Shown here: one piece after another, positions 62,198 to 64,000 of the stretch
How the letters are laid out: each line of letters starts with the position of its first letter
How positions within the stretch are numbered: position 1 is the first letter of the stretch
DNA from: Octopus sinensis
Lineage: Eukaryota
Length of the DNA: 64,000 bases
Assembly (NCBI RefSeq): GCF_006345805.1
Contig: NC_043006.1
Coordinates: forward strand, 24,738,001 to 24,802,000
Direction: 5' to 3'
Position numbers and translations under genes: made by a program
Notes under the pieces: generated by a model
Databases searched by the model: none
Told to the model about the DNA's origin: nothing
Seen by the model: the letters and a program-made list of their open reading frames with translations, nothing else

Positions 62198-64000
62198 CTA
62201 GCAGTATCGCCCGGCGTTGCTCGGGTTTGTAAAGGAAATAACTATATAAGCATTTTTAGAGAGTTACTTCCCTTATAGATGCCAATTCGGGCTTTTTTTA
62301 GCGATTTCTGTTTTGGTGTCTTCAAGCCATGAAGTCGTTGTTCTAAAAGAACGCTGGTCTCCTTGACAACGCTTTACGACGTTGATTTCCTTACACTCCC
62401 TTCCCCACAGCTTCACGAGGGAGGGAAGAAGGGGAAGAAGCAAACAGGTGCAGGTGTGACCATGGACGCCAACTCCGCCGCCATCGACACACGAAAAATT
62501 ATGCATTAAAATGGAATAAAAAATGATGTTAAATTATTTTTAAAATCGTAGACTCATCGTAGACGTGCGCTAATACTCAGACGGGCTCGATATGAATCAC
62601 GACTATAAGATACCCGAATTTGGTTAAACTGCACCGCAAAATGTGGGAGTAGTTAGGAATCTAAATCGAAGGGGACAGACACTCACACAACTACAGTTTT
62701 ATATATCTACTAGCAGTATCGCCCGGCGTTGCTCGGGTTTGTAAGGGAAATAACTATATAAGCATTTTTAGAGAGTTCTGGGCCATAACTGTATGCTGCA
62801 AGGCACGTTGCCCGATGCTTAGTAGATACAAGGCCAGCAATTTAAAGGGAAGGAGAAAGTCGTTTAAACTGACTCCCGTTACTAGTACAAGACAACAAAA
62901 TTCTGCGGAATTCATTATTATTTTGACTGACACACGAAAAATTATGCATTAAAATGGAATAAAAAATGATGTTAAATTATTTTTAAAATCGTAGACTCAT
63001 CGTAGATGCGTGCTAATACTCAGACAGGCTCGATATGAATCATGACTATAAGATACCCAAGTTTTATATCTATATATATAAAACTCTAGTTGTGTGAGTG
63101 TCTGTCCCCTTCGATTTAGATTCCTAACTCCTCCCACATTTTGCGGTGCAGTTTAACCAAATTCGGGTATCTTATAGTCGTGATTCATATCGAGCCCGTC
63201 TGACTATTAGCGCGCGTCAACGATGAGTCTACGATTTTAAAAATAATTTAACATCATTTTTTATTCCATTTTAATGCATAAAATGCATCGTATGTCGATG
63301 GCGGCGGAGTTGGCGTCCACGCTCACAGCTGCACCTGTTTGCTTCTCCCCCTTCCCTCCCTCGTGAAGCTGTAAGGAAGGGAGTGTAAAGAAATCAACGT
63401 CGTAATGCGTTGTGAAGGAAACCAGCGTTCTTTGAGAACAACGACTTCATGGCTTGAAGACACCAAACAAAAATGGCTAAGAAAGCCCGAATTTATAAGG
63501 GAAGTAACTCTCTAAAAATGCTTATATAGTTATTTCCCTTACAAACCCGAGCAACGCCGGGCGATACTGCTAGTATATATATAAAACTGTAGTTGTGTGA
63601 GTGTCTGTCCCCTTCGATTTAGATTCCTAACTATTCCCACATTTTGCGGTGCAGTTTAACCAAATTCGGGTATCTTATAGTCGTGATTCATATCGAGCTC
63701 GTCTGGGTATTAGCGCGCGTCTACGATGAGTACGATTTTTAAAATAATTTAACATCATTTTTTATTCCATTTTAATGCATAATTTTTCGTGTGTCAATGG
63801 CGGCGGAGTTGGCGTCCACGCTCACAGCTGCACCTGTTTGCTTCTCCCCCTTCTTCCCTCCCTCGTGAAGCTGTGGGGAAGGGAGTGTAAGGAAATCAAC
63901 GTCGTAAAGCGTTGTCAAGGAGACCAGCGTTCTTTTAGAACAACGACTTCATGGCTTGAAGACACCAAAACAGAAATGGCTAAGAAAGCCCGAATTGGCA
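62198..64000. mobile_element. Array of four ~510-bp non-autonomous Helitron units: two on minus (62198-62709, 62710-63068), two on plus (63069-63573, 63574-end)
   Basis: Each complete unit has a (TC)TATATATAAAAC-type 5' end and cccgagcaacgccggg hairpin plus CTAG 3' end (CTAG at 62198, 62710, 63570). Confidence 0.85.

Overview
AT-rich, microsatellite-dense animal genomic DNA. The repeat families resemble those of octopus/cephalopods (inference from family appearance, not verified). I could not support any host protein-coding gene; the window is almost entirely stacked transposon relics. DNA transposons: a full-length decayed mariner, a second mariner fragment, two hATs, a piggyBac, two Merlin/ISXO2-type transposases, a Helitron helicase fragment and a tandem/inverted array of non-autonomous Helitrons. 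Retroelements: two Ty3/Gypsy elements, an abundant RTE-like LINE (one long copy, about nine 3' fragments), other RTE, R4/Dong-like and CR1/L2 fragments, several Penelope-like element (PLE) remnants and at least four tRNA-derived SINE families. The most notable signals are: (i) four unrelated hammerhead-ribozyme-like motifs of the small dimeric PLE type, each with a different stem-III palindrome, including a tRNA-promoter-headed non-coding element with PLE-style 5' inversions and a foldback element with a compensatory G3:C8 core swap; (ii) a Helitron unit that captured 154 bp of neighbouring DNA in inverted orientation; (iii) about 355-bp TTAA-bounded inverted repeats enclosing two divergent, outward-facing Merlin transposases; (iv) a templated copy of mariner sequence that preserves 10 bp since lost from its donor. 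All coordinates were read by eye and may be off by a few bases; no ribozyme activity or database novelty has been tested.
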